From Eledone cirrhosa (lineage: Eukaryota): a stretch of 64,000 nt of DNA. This document shows positions 50,067 to 62,692 of the stretch, piece after piece; position 1 is the first letter of the stretch; each line of letters begins with the position of its first letter. A program made the translations under genes and the position numbers. Below the pieces are notes generated by a model. The model saw only the letters and a list, made by a program, of their open reading frames with translations, ran no database searches and was not told where the DNA came from. The DNA is taken from contig OZ024740.1 of NCBI GenBank assembly GCA_964016885.1, forward strand, positions 347,758,001-347,822,000. Direction: 5' to 3'.

Positions 50067-50373
50067 ACGAATCGAATATTAATAATAATAATAATATTAA
50101 TATTCGATTCGTTTGCAAGCAAACAGCCTTATAACACCTGTGGTGACAGAGAGAAAAACAATATATTATCGTTTCGGAATTATTGCCCCTTATCAAGATT
50201 GTGTATTTCATTCGTTTTTGCCAGCCACTAGAACTGTCGAGATATATAGTATTCTATAAAGTATATATCGGCTGATTAGCCTAATTTACATACCGAGCGA
50301 TTTACGGCTGGCTTTGCCGAAAAGGAAATACTATAGAGTTTTGAGGCTGTTTGCTTGCAAACAAATCGAATAA

Positions 50374-50520
50374 TAATTGTTTCTACGTTAGGCACAAGGC
50401 CAGCAATTACCCAGTGCATTACTGGTACTTTATTTTATCGACACCGTAAGGATGAAAGGCAAAGTTAACCTTGGCGGGATTTGAACTCAGAATGGCAAGG
50501 GCCGTAACTCTATGCGTCAA
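50374..50520 (-). mobile_element. SINE family A, 5'-truncated
   Basis: Tail, core and B-box present. Confidence 0.8.
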
Positions 50521-52602
50521 ATATTATGATATTAGTATTATTCACTCACGAATACATAAAGAAGACTGTTATGCATTTAACAAACATTCCTTGTATATGG
50601 TTTTTAATATTTAATAAATACAATATTGGTTCAGAAAAAAATTAGAACAATATAGACAATGCAGATGAAGGATCCAATTTATATAGCCAATGGACACGTT
50701 TCAGTCTCATTACACTTTTTAGTATAACATATTTCAGTTGGCAAATCTAGAAGTGATCAATATAAATGTATAGAAATTAAATGGACACTGTAATGCTGGG
50801 TATGAATGACAATATGGTTTACGGAAATACCTAACTGGAATATTCAGCATATTAAATAGATATACAGGGAGTTGAACAATTTGGATATATTTCCTCTGGG
50901 AGGATTTATTATCTTATGCACTTTACTTTTCTACCTTTGTCACGCCCTAAACGATTGAGTTCAAGTTGTAAGGTTACAGATTTGATTCATGAACAATGTT
51001 TCGTGTTTTTGAGCTGAGTACTTCATTTTACGTTCCTCCAGTTCACTCGACTGAAAAATTTAATACTAGTAATATTTCAAGATTAGATTAACCTTGTTAC
51101 GGACAGGCATCTTATACTCCCAGTTTTTTGCACCGATGAAAGTGAGACAAATACCAGTGCAATAAGCTTGAGAAAGACTTTAGCATAACTAGGTTGTGGG
51201 TTGAGGGTAATTAGGCTGTTATTTTTAACAGATTGAGTAACCGAATAGAGATTTCTTCCGTGGCTGTGCTTTCCCCCCGGCCAAGTGAAGACAGGACAAT
51301 GTATTTCCTATATACCCATAAAAATAGGATGGTCACAGCTGGAATTTATTTGATCATAGTTTTGATCGTTCAGTGATGATCTAGGGGCTAAACAGCAATG
51401 ACTACTTCTTTTACAGATCATTATACTAACGAAAACATTGATTCATTTCTTATATTGACCCAAAACTGTAAATATATGGTGGGGAACGTAATTATTCATA
51501 TTAATCCCTGAATATCGACTGCTAGTGATTAATTTATACACTCTGAAGAGATGAAAAGCTAAGTAGATCCTGGCGGTATTTAATCACTTAATGCAGAAAG
51601 CCTTAATTGAATAACACTCGATTGTTTCTACCCCCCGGCCACTCTCTACCAATCTTATCTAAATATTAAGTCACATGTATGAAAGGAGTAGGCAACTTCT
51701 TCAACCCCAGTACTTGGATGGTATCAACCTTCCGTCAACTGTTTTATTATTAGCTTTGATATGGTATCCTTTTGAAGACAAATGCGTGAAACGAAAGATT
51801 TTCCAATCCTTCATAGCAAATTAATCCATTGTAATTGATTTCTCTATGGACAATAACAGTAGGCATTTTATTGATCCTTATAAGGAGGGAAGATCAATTT
51901 GATCTTGGTGCTATTTGAACTCAGAAAGCAGAGGAATGTAACTAAATACAACAAGGTATATTGTCTAGCACTATGCCATGTGGGTTGGGAGGTATACATT
52001 CATGCATGGTTAAGAAGTTTGCTTCACAATCATGAGTTTCTGGGTTCAATGCCCCTACATAACGTTTTGAACAACTGCCATTATCCTAACTACACGTCCA
52101 CCCCATCCTTGTGTGTGAAATTGGTTAGACGGATGCCCATTTGATGGTTTGTATCTGCAAATGAAATGCTTAACTGTATCACACATTGTCATTCTGAATC
52201 TTCATGACAATGAAGGTAAAGACCCACGAGTCTGTGGATATCTCAGTCATTTACACGTTAATTTTTATGTCATCCATTTCATTGATCGAGCAATTAGAAG
52301 ATTCATCGGCGGAATTGTGTGGAAGTATATTTTATGCCAAGTCTGCCAGATTACCAACGCCATCATCTAATTTGAATATTTCCTAGTAAAGCATAGTCAA
52401 TTATATTGACTGCAGTAGTTGAATGGTATTTATTTTATAAAAGGTAAAATCTGATTCGGTGGATTTGAACTTAGAATGTAAAGTGACACGTCTGAATTCC
52501 ACAATACTGTTCTGATTTGCAACATCAACACAGTGCTTCAATCTCAGTCATCAAAGAAGAGAAATCATTACATTGAAAAGATGCAGAAATAAGAAAAATA
52601 CA

Positions 52603-52608
52603 TTTATT
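52603..52608 (-). terminator. Candidate poly(A) signal AATAAA for the K2P gene
   Basis: AATAAA on - about 110 nt after the stop codon; the AT-rich context makes a chance match possible. Confidence 0.3.
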
Positions 52609-52716
52609 TAATGTTTAAAATGCACTTTAATCCACATAATAAAGCTATATGAATATGGTTGATTTTGTAGATCTCGTTAGAGTTGATATGAATGAATCAT
52701 TGATTTTCAATGATCC

Positions 52717-53837
52717 CTAATCATTATCATTTTCAATAAGTCCAATTTTGCGACCAAGAATTGAAAACTGATGCCGTATTTCCTCTTGCATTAGTTTCAG
52801 GCACATGACAGTCATAGCCATACCAAACAAGAGATAAAGTGAACAAATCGCTTGTTTCTCTTCACTTGCCCACGATTTCCCACTTGATCCTGGAACAAAA
52901 TCGCCAAGCCCAATTGTACTAAGCGTAATGAAGCAGAAATACGAACCAATGAAATAGTCCCATTCTTGTTCCCAAAATGAGAAAAGAGAAGCGCCGATGC
53001 ATATATAAACTCCGAACACTAGTAGAGTCACAAACACGGGCACTCGAGTATGTTCGTGAATTTCCGATGAATCCACTGCAATCTCCTTTCTCAGTCCGGT
53101 TGCTTGTTTTGTTTCATCCGTTCGTGAAAGATCATCTTCCAACATACGAGAAATATGCTCTTTATGTCCAATCTCATTTGGTTCCATCTTGGAACTGTCT
53201 TTAAGTTGTGTTGCTGAAGAAACCAATGAGTTATCGTTATTACAATTACACAAAAGTTGTCTTTCCAAAATTTCATCGTCTCCGAGAATTGAACTCAGGT
53301 AGCTGTTGCGTCGAAGCAAATTATCTTTGAAGGTGTCTTGTTCATTATGCTTACATGTCAAAAACACCTTACCATTTACAAGTTTCTTATTGTTTTCAGG
53401 GTATTCCACACATAAACTTTCTTTATTGCATTCATCAGTGGTTGGTGGCTGCTTCTGACTAGAATGTCCTGAAATATCATCTTGGTATGTTAGTGTAGCA
53501 GTATCTAATGATATGTTATGATCGGTTTTCTTGTAGTCATCGTTATTATCAATTTCTGCAACGGCAGCAGCTGCAGCAGCTATCGTTACCGGAACTGCTT
53601 CAGCAGCTGCTACAGTTGAATGGTAATTAAGTGATTCCGATGAATCTACATATGTTCGTAGGTGAAGCCATTTGCGATAGACTACGTAGAACAAATTCTT
53701 ATAGACAAACTTGAAAATACTAGCCAGAGATGAACCAATTATTGATAAACACAGAAAGGTAAGAGGTATTCCAAATATCGCATATAGTATGGTTGCCACG
53801 CGACCCCATTTAGTTTTTGGTGCCAATTGTCCATAAC
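52717..53837 (-). CDS. Two-pore-domain (K2P/TWiK family) potassium channel, terminal coding exon (end of P1, M2, long loop, M3, P2, M4)
   Basis: 369-aa ORF; acceptor TTCTCTTCTCCAG splits the first Gly of GYG (G/GT TAT GGA); motifs APKTKWGRVATILYAIFGIPL, WDYFIGSYFCFITLSTIGLGDFVPG, YLLFGMA. No upstream exon was identified in the window. Confidence 0.92.
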
Positions 53838-55785
53838 CTGGAGAAGAGAATTGGTAATATTAAAAGATGCAGAAAGAATTAAAGAATATTTTAAAATATG
53901 CTTTTAAGAATCAAATATACAAATACAAAAAAAAAAAAAAGAAATTTAAAATGGCCAATTCCATTCGTTTTTTCTTATTTTACAGTTTAAAGAAATGGGT
54001 GCTTAAACTGACTATTGTGTGGAAATTATCTCAGAAAGTTGAATAAGAACTCAATTCAAAATTATAATTATGGTTTCTGATTTAGGTACAAAGCCAACAA
54101 TTTTTTGGGAAAGGAGAAAGTCGATTAAATTGGATCTTGTGCGTTACTGGTACTTTATTTTATCGGACCCGTAAAGATCGAAGGCAAATGTGATCTCGGT
54201 GGGATTTGAACACAGAATGTAAGGAGCAGGAGCAAATATTGATAAGCACTCGATGCTCAAACGACCCTGTCAAAGAGGTTTTGCAAAATGCACGTTAAGG
54301 AGGGTACAATACAATAGAGTATGGTGTTATGGAAACGTGTAAAAACGAGAAACAGCAAAAATGAAAGAAGTACCAAGAATATTAATTCCCTATTGAGTGG
54401 AAAGAACTTCTGAAGGCGACAGTTGGAAGAAAATAACAAAAATCCCCGGTCACCCTCATTTCAAGTAATTTGATGGGAAACTGCGCTTCCTTCTCCACAG
54501 TCAATTTATTTTCCCAGAGGAAAGTATCTCTCTGCATCTATTCACTCTTACCCACCACACAACCTCTTTTGTCAGGGCCACTAGACAGATAATCACTGCC
54601 TGCCTATCCTGCCCAAAGGAATGCATCTGGCGATATTCATAATGGACTCATTTGACAGTCGCATCTGTCCTACACGTGATATCAGCTGTTTGACATAACA
54701 TCGCAAGTTAGCAATGCTCGGACATTGGACGAGTGTGTGTTGGAAGACTTTCTCGCGATGCTCACATCACGGACACGTTCATGTCGGCACTTCTGTGACT
54801 ATACAAGTTATCTCTAACCGGTAATGTTTCCCCGGTTACACTACCAGGCCAGGGATTTCTGGAAATCATCAATGGGCTCTGAACAATACGACCCCTGCCC
54901 CACAAGAAGAAAAAACAAAAATAAATTTATTCAGTTTATTTTCGTTGATGCCAAGAATCTCCCAGAGTATGTTGTTGTTTTTCCCCACCACTAATTCGTT
55001 ATAGAATTTCCAGTGTCTACTTTGCCGAACCCACTGTGAGCTGTGTTTGCCCTCTCCTTCGACTTCAATTGGATTACTTTTGTAGCTCTGTCAATGAGAA
55101 GAGCTGGAGAAAGTCATGTCTGAGATGGCGACTATACTTGTTTATTCTCAAAGAAACGCTAGAGATGCTGCAGCCTCTGCACATCTCTACGCCTTATCAG
55201 CCACGGCATACCTACTTCTCTGCACATACGACACAATGCAAAACATTTGCTGTCCAGAGGGGAAAAATTTGCCTCGATCCACTATTATTCCTACTGTTAA
55301 CGTCTTAAAAAAATGGAGTCATTAAATAATTTATTCCTTGATAAAAGGTTAAAAAAACGCCATTTGATTATATATTTGCTTTATTAAATATGACTGGTGG
55401 CTACAAAGCACCACTCCAACAAAAACCACCACCGGATAGACATAGGATCCAACAGTACTAAGTACACTGTCCGGTTTTAATGCTGACTGGTAGTAACTTC
55501 ACTTCAGAAATGGCGTAAATATAATAATTTCCTGTTTGCCTTTTCTCACAAATCAGTGGCATTATGCCTAGCGAAACATAATATTAATTAAATCTATAAA
55601 AATATAAACCCGAAAGTAAAGGAAATATTTAATTCTATGTAAGAAAGTATATTTAGCCTTGTCAAATATAATTTTCAAGTCATATCTCCTACAGAGAACA
55701 TAAAGTTCTGACAACCAAAAGATTACGATTTCGTACACATATTGCCAATTTTTTACCACCAGACTATTAATTCCGGATACCAATA

Positions 55786-55846
55786 ATATATATATATATA
55801 TATATAAAGAGAGAGAAAGAGAGAGAAGAGAGAGAAAGAGAGAGAA

Positions 55847-55877
<31 letters not shown>

Positions 55878-55885
55878 TGTGTACA

Positions 55886-55970
<85 letters not shown>
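55786..55970. repeat. Compound (TA)n/(GA)n/(CA)n/(TA)n microsatellite
   Basis: Directly visible. Confidence 0.95.
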
Positions 55971-55973
<3 letters not shown>

Positions 55974-56398
55974 TACGCAAAATTTTAAAATAGGCGTACA
56001 CATATTTAACAAAAAATGAGGTGACCTTATGTTAAGACAAGAAATTTGAGAAAAACGTATGTAATGCAGATATAGCTGTGTGGGTGATAATTTCCCTTCG
56101 AAACCATATGATTTTGAGATCGATCCTACTATGATACTTATGACACTTGACTTGCGTGTGAAAATCTGGAGACGGAATCTTTTCTGAAGCCAGTTGCACA
56201 GATGTGTATATATGTGTAAATCCGTACTCGCTTCTGCAGATATTAAGAGATGAATTTTTGTATGCAAAAGTTAAGTTAACCAACCCAGGAAGAGTGACTG
56301 ATAAAATGATAAGCTGAAATAAATACACGGAGACTCTGAAGCAGCCGAATATTGCCGAATATGTGGCTGAACGACTTTATTTAATTAATTTTGTGTAA

Positions 56399-56995
56399 TC
56401 TATATATATAAAACTGGGGATATCTGTCTGTGTGTGTGTGTGTGTGAGTTTGAATCCCTAAAACTCGAGAAGTACCCAACCGACTTTTTTCAAACTTTAC
56501 ATGTGTACATGTGTATTACTTATGTTTGAGGGAGTGTTGTGCACATAAAAAATTCAACTTTTTGATCATCTAGGGCCCGCATTAGGTGAAAAACTGCGTT
56601 TTTCAGCTTTTTAGGGGTGTTTTGAGGCATTACGCCAGACCGATTTCCTTGAAATTGTAACTATGTATTAGGCAGTTACTTCTTCATACCGTGAGCAAGG
56701 ACAATCCAACTTTTTATGGCATTAGGTGAAAAACTTCATTTTTTCAGCTTTTTAGGGCTTCCCGAAATCAAGGCATATTATGCACATAAAAAAATTCATT
56801 TTCTTGATCCCCTAGGTGAAAACCTGCACTTTTCCTGCTTCATCGAGGAAAATCTTAAAGATTATCCAGCCATCAGAGTATTCGGTTTATTTTCTTTACA
56901 TATTGTCCAGGCATGAAGTTTTTCCACGATTGGGTCTGTTGGCGGCCCGCATTCCAAAATACCTTATCCCGTGCAACGTCGGGTACCACTGCTAG
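56399..56995 (+). mobile_element. Non-autonomous Helitron with both termini
   Basis: A|TCTATATATATAAAACTG start, CCCGTGCAACGTCGGG hairpin, CTAG|T end, no TSD; three internal TAGGTGAAAA subrepeats. Confidence 0.82.
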
Positions 56996-57115
56996 TATTT
57001 AATAAATAAAGACACCGAAAGCTATTTCTATTATCATTTACATCAAAATATCTGAAACATGGTGCTTCTAACTAGTTCTCCAATGCTTAAAATTGTTATA
57101 ATTATATAGAATAAT

Positions 57116-57304
57116 TATTTCTACTTTTGGCCCAAGTACATTACTGTACATTACTGTACATTACTGGTACTTTATTTTATCGACCCCGTAAGGATGAAAG
57201 GCAAAGTTAACCATGGCGGGATTTGAACTCAGACCATAAAGGGCCGTAACTCTTTGCTGCAAAGCATGGCGTCCGACCCTCTACCGATACTGCCAATCCA
57301 CCGC
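57116..57304 (-). mobile_element. SINE family A with a 16-bp TSD
   Basis: TSD AATTATATAGAATAAT at 57100-57115 and 57305-57320. Confidence 0.9.
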
Positions 57305-58029
57305 AATTATATAGAATAATGAGAACTCAGCGCAAGGAAGCTGTTAAATCAACAAAACGCCGTCAATGACAGTCCCGGGTAAAATTTACCTCAAAGGATA
57401 GAAATCAGCGGCAAGAAGAGCTTTGGCACACAGAAGTTATAGGAAGAAAGGAAAACAGGGAGAAAATGGACAAGCGATTTACACATTTTTTATTAAAGAA
57501 AACCTTCATAATTCTTCTGGTGGAAAGCATTCAGAGATACATCTTGATCAGAATATCACAGTCACTATCAAATCCGGAACACTTAGGGAATGGCCAAATT
57601 TAATATAAAATTAGTCAGTTACTAGATTTATTATGAAATTGTCCAGATTTATTACGAAATTAATTACCACCACCAACACCAGACAATTCTTGTGCGACAC
57701 CAATTGGCGAATACAATTTTATCAATCTGCACATGGTAACCCACATCCAATATATTCGTGTAAACCTGAGCTAAGCTCAGTCTCCAAGATTTACTTGATA
57801 GTTTTAGACCTGAAATAACGTAAAATAAGAACAAAAAGTAAAGAAGAGAAATAGGTGTACATATGTATCATGTACACTTTTAACTATATTGTATCCACAC
57901 ATATATATTTCAACGCAAACGCACATGTATATATAATGTTTTAACGTTTCGGTCCATTGAGTGCTTTTTGATTGCCTCAAACAACTCTAATAGTATCTGC
58001 TGTATGGCAGCTACAACTTCGGTTTATAC

Positions 58030-58033
<4 letters not shown>

Positions 58034-58082
<49 letters not shown>

Positions 58083-58207
58083 CATGTGTGTGTGAGTATG
58101 CGTATGTATCTGCACGCGTGTGTGTGTGCGTGAGTGTATGATTAAATTTATGTATCTATATGCATTTATATATATATGAATAAATAATTTCATATACATA
58201 TAAATCT

Positions 58208-58294
<87 letters not shown>

Positions 58295-58340
58295 ATGTGT
58301 GTGTATGTATGTGTGCGTGTGTATGTGTGTGTGTGTGTTT
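58034..58340. repeat. (TA)n/(TG)n microsatellite cluster
   Basis: Directly visible. Confidence 0.92.
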
Positions 58341-58459
58341 TTTTTTTCATGTAAAATACATGCATATACATATATCAGCAGACGATTCTCTTTCAGGTGT
58401 AGACACATATTAAGAAACCTGCCCGTCATCACCACCGGTACAATTTTCTTTTTCTTTCA

Positions 58460-58700
58460 GACGCAGAACTTTAAGGTTGCCAACATTAACATTAGCATGA
58501 TGAAAGGAAGATCAAGAGAGATTGTTGAGATGCTAGAGAGGTGGTGATATATGTGCGCTGAGCATAGGAAAGATGGAATGGGAGCTTTAGCCATACTCTT
58601 TACAGGCAAGGAACAAGGAACATATTTTTTAGTAGGAAACAGTGCTGTAGCAGGTGGGTTGGGTATATTTGTCAAGGAAATGATTAAAATAACTGAAGTT
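58460..58700 (+). mobile_element. Decayed RTE apurinic-endonuclease N-terminal fragment
   Basis: FKVANINISMMKGRSREIVEMLER...GGLGIFV resembles the RTE endonuclease N-terminus. Confidence 0.5.
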
Positions 58701-59933
58701 GTTGTTCATCCCCAATTAATTAAAACCTCTGCAGTCATAACCTTTCTGGCGTTTTACGGTATATAAGACTAAATTATTTAAAGTTTATTTAAGTCTGAAG
58801 GATTTAACAGAGATTTCGCTTAGTGGTTATGTAAAGGTTTCTTCGGCAGTAGTCTAAATATATAACAGAATAATTAAGGTTACAATAGTCATATACAACA
58901 CGACAATAACAGTAATTTGTAGAATTCACCACAGCCAGGATTGCCAGATTATGAATGATCGTTTCTATGAGGTTCTCTGCAAGACTAACGTGAAAATAGA
59001 TTGCAACGACCACCATATTGTCCAACATCTCTATGGTTACAAATGTGAAAAGCGACCATAGGGTAAAGAATAAAAAAAGCGGGATTAAAGCTTTTCATAA
59101 ACCAGGTAACTATTTATTCACTTCCCTCACAAGCAAACGCGTAAGAAAAATAGACATATTCAATAAGAACTGGGTCAAACAATTTAGTCGCTGCTAAATT
59201 GGTCTTCGGTAAAAAATATGCATCATTTAACAAAGATTAGTGATTGGTAACTTGAAGATAAAAAGAAAATTTTCCAGAAGATCCTTTTTGTTATGTGTCG
59301 AGAAAGCATACCATAGAATTCACATACAGAATAACGAGTTAGTCAGCATCATGTTAAATCAATAGCGTGCTTATAAACTGGCAGTATTTCGAAGATTTAA
59401 TATTTCTATAGAATTTTACCAATGCACTATTTTGGGAAAATGAAATTTATTGTCATTATGGTTTCATTTTTCTTCACATTTCTTCACACACAGCTAATTA
59501 CCATCCAAAGCACTGGAATCGTGGTGATCTACGCACCAACAGACAATGACATAGGAATTTGTCCATTAATCTATTTATTTCGTTTTCCCACTGTCTGTCC
59601 ACACACACACACACACTGACATTTACAGGTACTTAAGTCCTGTTGGTCTGCTTACTCCAACTCATACAGCCTGTCATAAAGAGAAAAATGTATTCTTCTT
59701 ATGACAGGCAGGATGAGTTGGGGTAAACAACCCAAAGTAACGTAACTACATGTACATGTCACTGTTGTAATTAATTATACTTAACTTATTCTATGGTCAG
59801 AGTACTCTAAGCCCTTGGATACTTACACCAAGTTTGTGCTACAATAAACATACATACATACATAGAGTCTTGTAACTATGTTAGAAACCGACTCTCTCTC
59901 TATTGGCCAAAAATTGTGAAAAACCAGAAGAAC

Positions 59934-60034
59934 ATACATACATACATACATACATACATACATACATACATACATACATACATACATACATACATACATA
60001 CATACATACATACATACATACATACATACATACA
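59934..60034. repeat. (CATA)n tetranucleotide array
   Basis: Directly visible. Confidence 0.95.
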
Positions 60035-60287
60035 TGGCACTCCGTCCGTTACGGCGACGAGTGTTCCAGTTGATCCAATCAACGGACAGCCTGCTCATGA
60101 AATGAACGTGCAAGTGGCTGAGCACTCCACAGACGCGCGTATCTTTAACGTATTACAACTAAAACACTTTTTGCCAGCTGAGTGGACTGGGGCAATGTGG
60201 AATAAAGTGTCCTGCTCAAGGACACAACGTGCCGCCGGGAATCGAACCCATGACCTTACGATTGTGAGCCGAATACCCTAACCACTC
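60035..60287 (-). mobile_element. tRNA-derived SINE related to family B in head and centre, with a different 3' part
   Basis: On -: GTGGTTAGGGTATTCGGCTCACAATCGTAAGGTCATGGGTTCGATTCCCGG then GTGTCCTTGAGCAGGACACTTT. Confidence 0.75.
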
Positions 60288-60689
60288 ATATTAAACAAAA
60301 CAAACACGTTGTATGTTAGTTAGCGGGTTCGTGCTAATACATACGTAAAGAAAATTATCTAAATAACTGTTTGTACATTTATTTATGCTTCTAAATGTTG
60401 AAGAAATAATCTTTAAAATTGGCATATTTCAAGCAAAAAAGATATCTCTATTCAACAAGCATTTTGCATATTGAAGACTTTTCTAAATATTAGTTTGTAG
60501 ATCTTTCGTACTCTTGTGTAAATGTTTTTTTTTTTTTCAAACTTGGCTTTTTTGTTTGAAGCCAGCAAGTAATCAAACTACCTCAGAAGAGAGAAAACGC
60601 AGGTTCAAATACATCCCCACACACTAAGCATCTACATTAATGCAAACATACATACATGATGGCTACAAAGTCATGTTCGAGCACTGCCA

Positions 60690-61680
60690 TCGCCCGATAA
60701 AATGCTCAAAACTGTGAGGCACAAATGTGGCTCTTTAAACCAGTCAAAGACTTGCACCCTCTGGCATATACATGGCAATTGTAGGCTCCACCGGGACTTT
60801 CCATTGCTTTGTTCTGGTTGTGTGTTCTCATGTGTCTTTTAAGACCTCCCATGCTAGCACATTTCTTGCCACATTCCTTACAACTTTTCAGATCATAATC
60901 TACATGAGGTCTATGATATGACTTTGTTCGTGTCTCGTCAAACCAGCTTTGCTCAGGCAGACTCGACCACAGTGCTGGCAAACCAGATGATGTTCAGAAC
61001 AGTCTCTTTTCCTTATCGTCCTTTTCAGTGTTAGGTGTTCTCTCCGACGAGTTTCAAAGTGTTCACTACCTGACTTGATCAAACGTCTCCACTTCACATG
61101 CTCCTCGGCCATTTTCTCCCATTCGTCAGCTGAAATTCCAGCACAAGCCAAGGTGTCCCTGACATAGTCCCGGTACCGCATTTTTGGTTTGTGTGGTTGT
61201 CGCCTTCCCTCACACAGTTCTCCGTATAGATATTGCTTTGGAATACGATCACCAGACATCCGGATTACGTGTCCGCACCACCTCAACAGATGCCAAAAGA
61301 TCATGCTCTCTATAGTCACACACCTGCTCCGTTCGAGAACTTCCAAATCCCTGACGAACATTTTCCATCGCACGCCATGTAGTTTACGAAGAGATTGTTG
61401 GTAAAATCTCTCCAGTTCATTGGGGTGCTTTTTGTATGTGACCCACGTTTCACAAACATAAAGAGGAGACGACACAAATCAGATACATTTTCACCTCGGT
61501 TTCGATAGTGATACCTCATCTGGACCATAAACGTTCATGCAGCCGTCCAAACGCTTTCTTGATTCTTAAGGATATGTTATCATCAAGTGTGCATGAATGG
61601 TTCAAAGTATAACCAAGGTAAATAAACTTGTCAGCAACATTTAGCCTATTTCCGTACACACTTGGTGCAGTGTGCTCTTT
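60690..61680 (-). mobile_element. RTE-clade LINE 3' fragment with C-terminal C2H2 zinc fingers
   Basis: KFIYLG, YVCETW, LRWCGHVIRM..DRIPKQYLYGEL, then CQHC..H...H, CKEC..H...H and a third decayed finger. Confidence 0.85.
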
Positions 61681-62029
61681 TCTAGGGGCATGCATGCATA
61701 TATACATAAATACATACATGGTGGCTGCCAACTCGTTTTCGAGTACGGCCACTACTTTATATCCATGTAGGAGAACCCCTACCGAAGCGCTGAACGAGTG
61801 TGACTTTTTAGTCCAGCCAGCGACTTGAAAACTCTGGTACAAACACTACACTTGTGACAATTATTGACACATAGTGCTGGGCCCATTGTACCCTGTGATG
61901 ACAAGTGCAGAGAGATCTCCAGATATAAAGCAATGCCTGTGCCGTGAAGCTTTTATAGTGAGCAAAGGCACTGCACAAAGCCAGTCCCACTCTCTTAACC
62001 AAGATGATATTTACCAAAAAGAAGAACAA

Positions 62030-62174
62030 TGTATGTATATGTGTATATGTATATATGTATGTATATATATGTATATATATGTATGTAATGTGTATGTATA
62101 TGTATGTATGTATATGTGTATATATATATATATGTATGTGTATGTGTATATATGTATATGTATATGTATGTATG

Positions 62175-62205
<31 letters not shown>

Positions 62206-62640
62206 GTATATATGTATATATGTATATATATATGTATGTGTGTATGTATGTATATATGTGTATATATGTATGTATATGTGTATGTATTTGTATATGTGTA
62301 TATATATGTATATATATATGTATGTGTATATGTATATATATGTGTATATATATATATGTGTATATATGTGTATGTATATATGTGTGTGTATATATATATA
62401 TGTATGCATGTATATGTATATGTATATATATATAAGTATGTACATGTATATATGTGTGTGTATATATATATATATGTATGCATGTATATGTATATGTATA
62501 TATATATAAGTAGGTAACAGCCGTACTAAGAGTGGGAAATGAAATATCGTTTCATTTTTTCCGTTTATATATATATATATATGTATATATATATGTATAT
62601 ATATGTATGTATATGTATACATGTATACATGTATGTGTAA

Positions 62641-62687
<47 letters not shown>

Positions 62688-62692
62688 TATAT
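62030..62692. repeat. Long complex (TA/TG/TATG)n low-complexity array
   Basis: Directly visible; source of many spurious ORFs. Confidence 0.95.

Noticed and set aside
54247-55310. GC-richer block, possibly a transposon interior
   Set aside because: No termini or protein motif I could support; left unannotated.
57941-57960. GAAACGTTA hammerhead half-motif on -
   Set aside because: No matching CUGANGA and stem II found at a suitable distance.
59821-59860. GTAAGT donor on - as a possible upstream K2P exon end
   Set aside because: The preceding sequence does not encode the expected TTIG pore helix and runs into (TATG)n.
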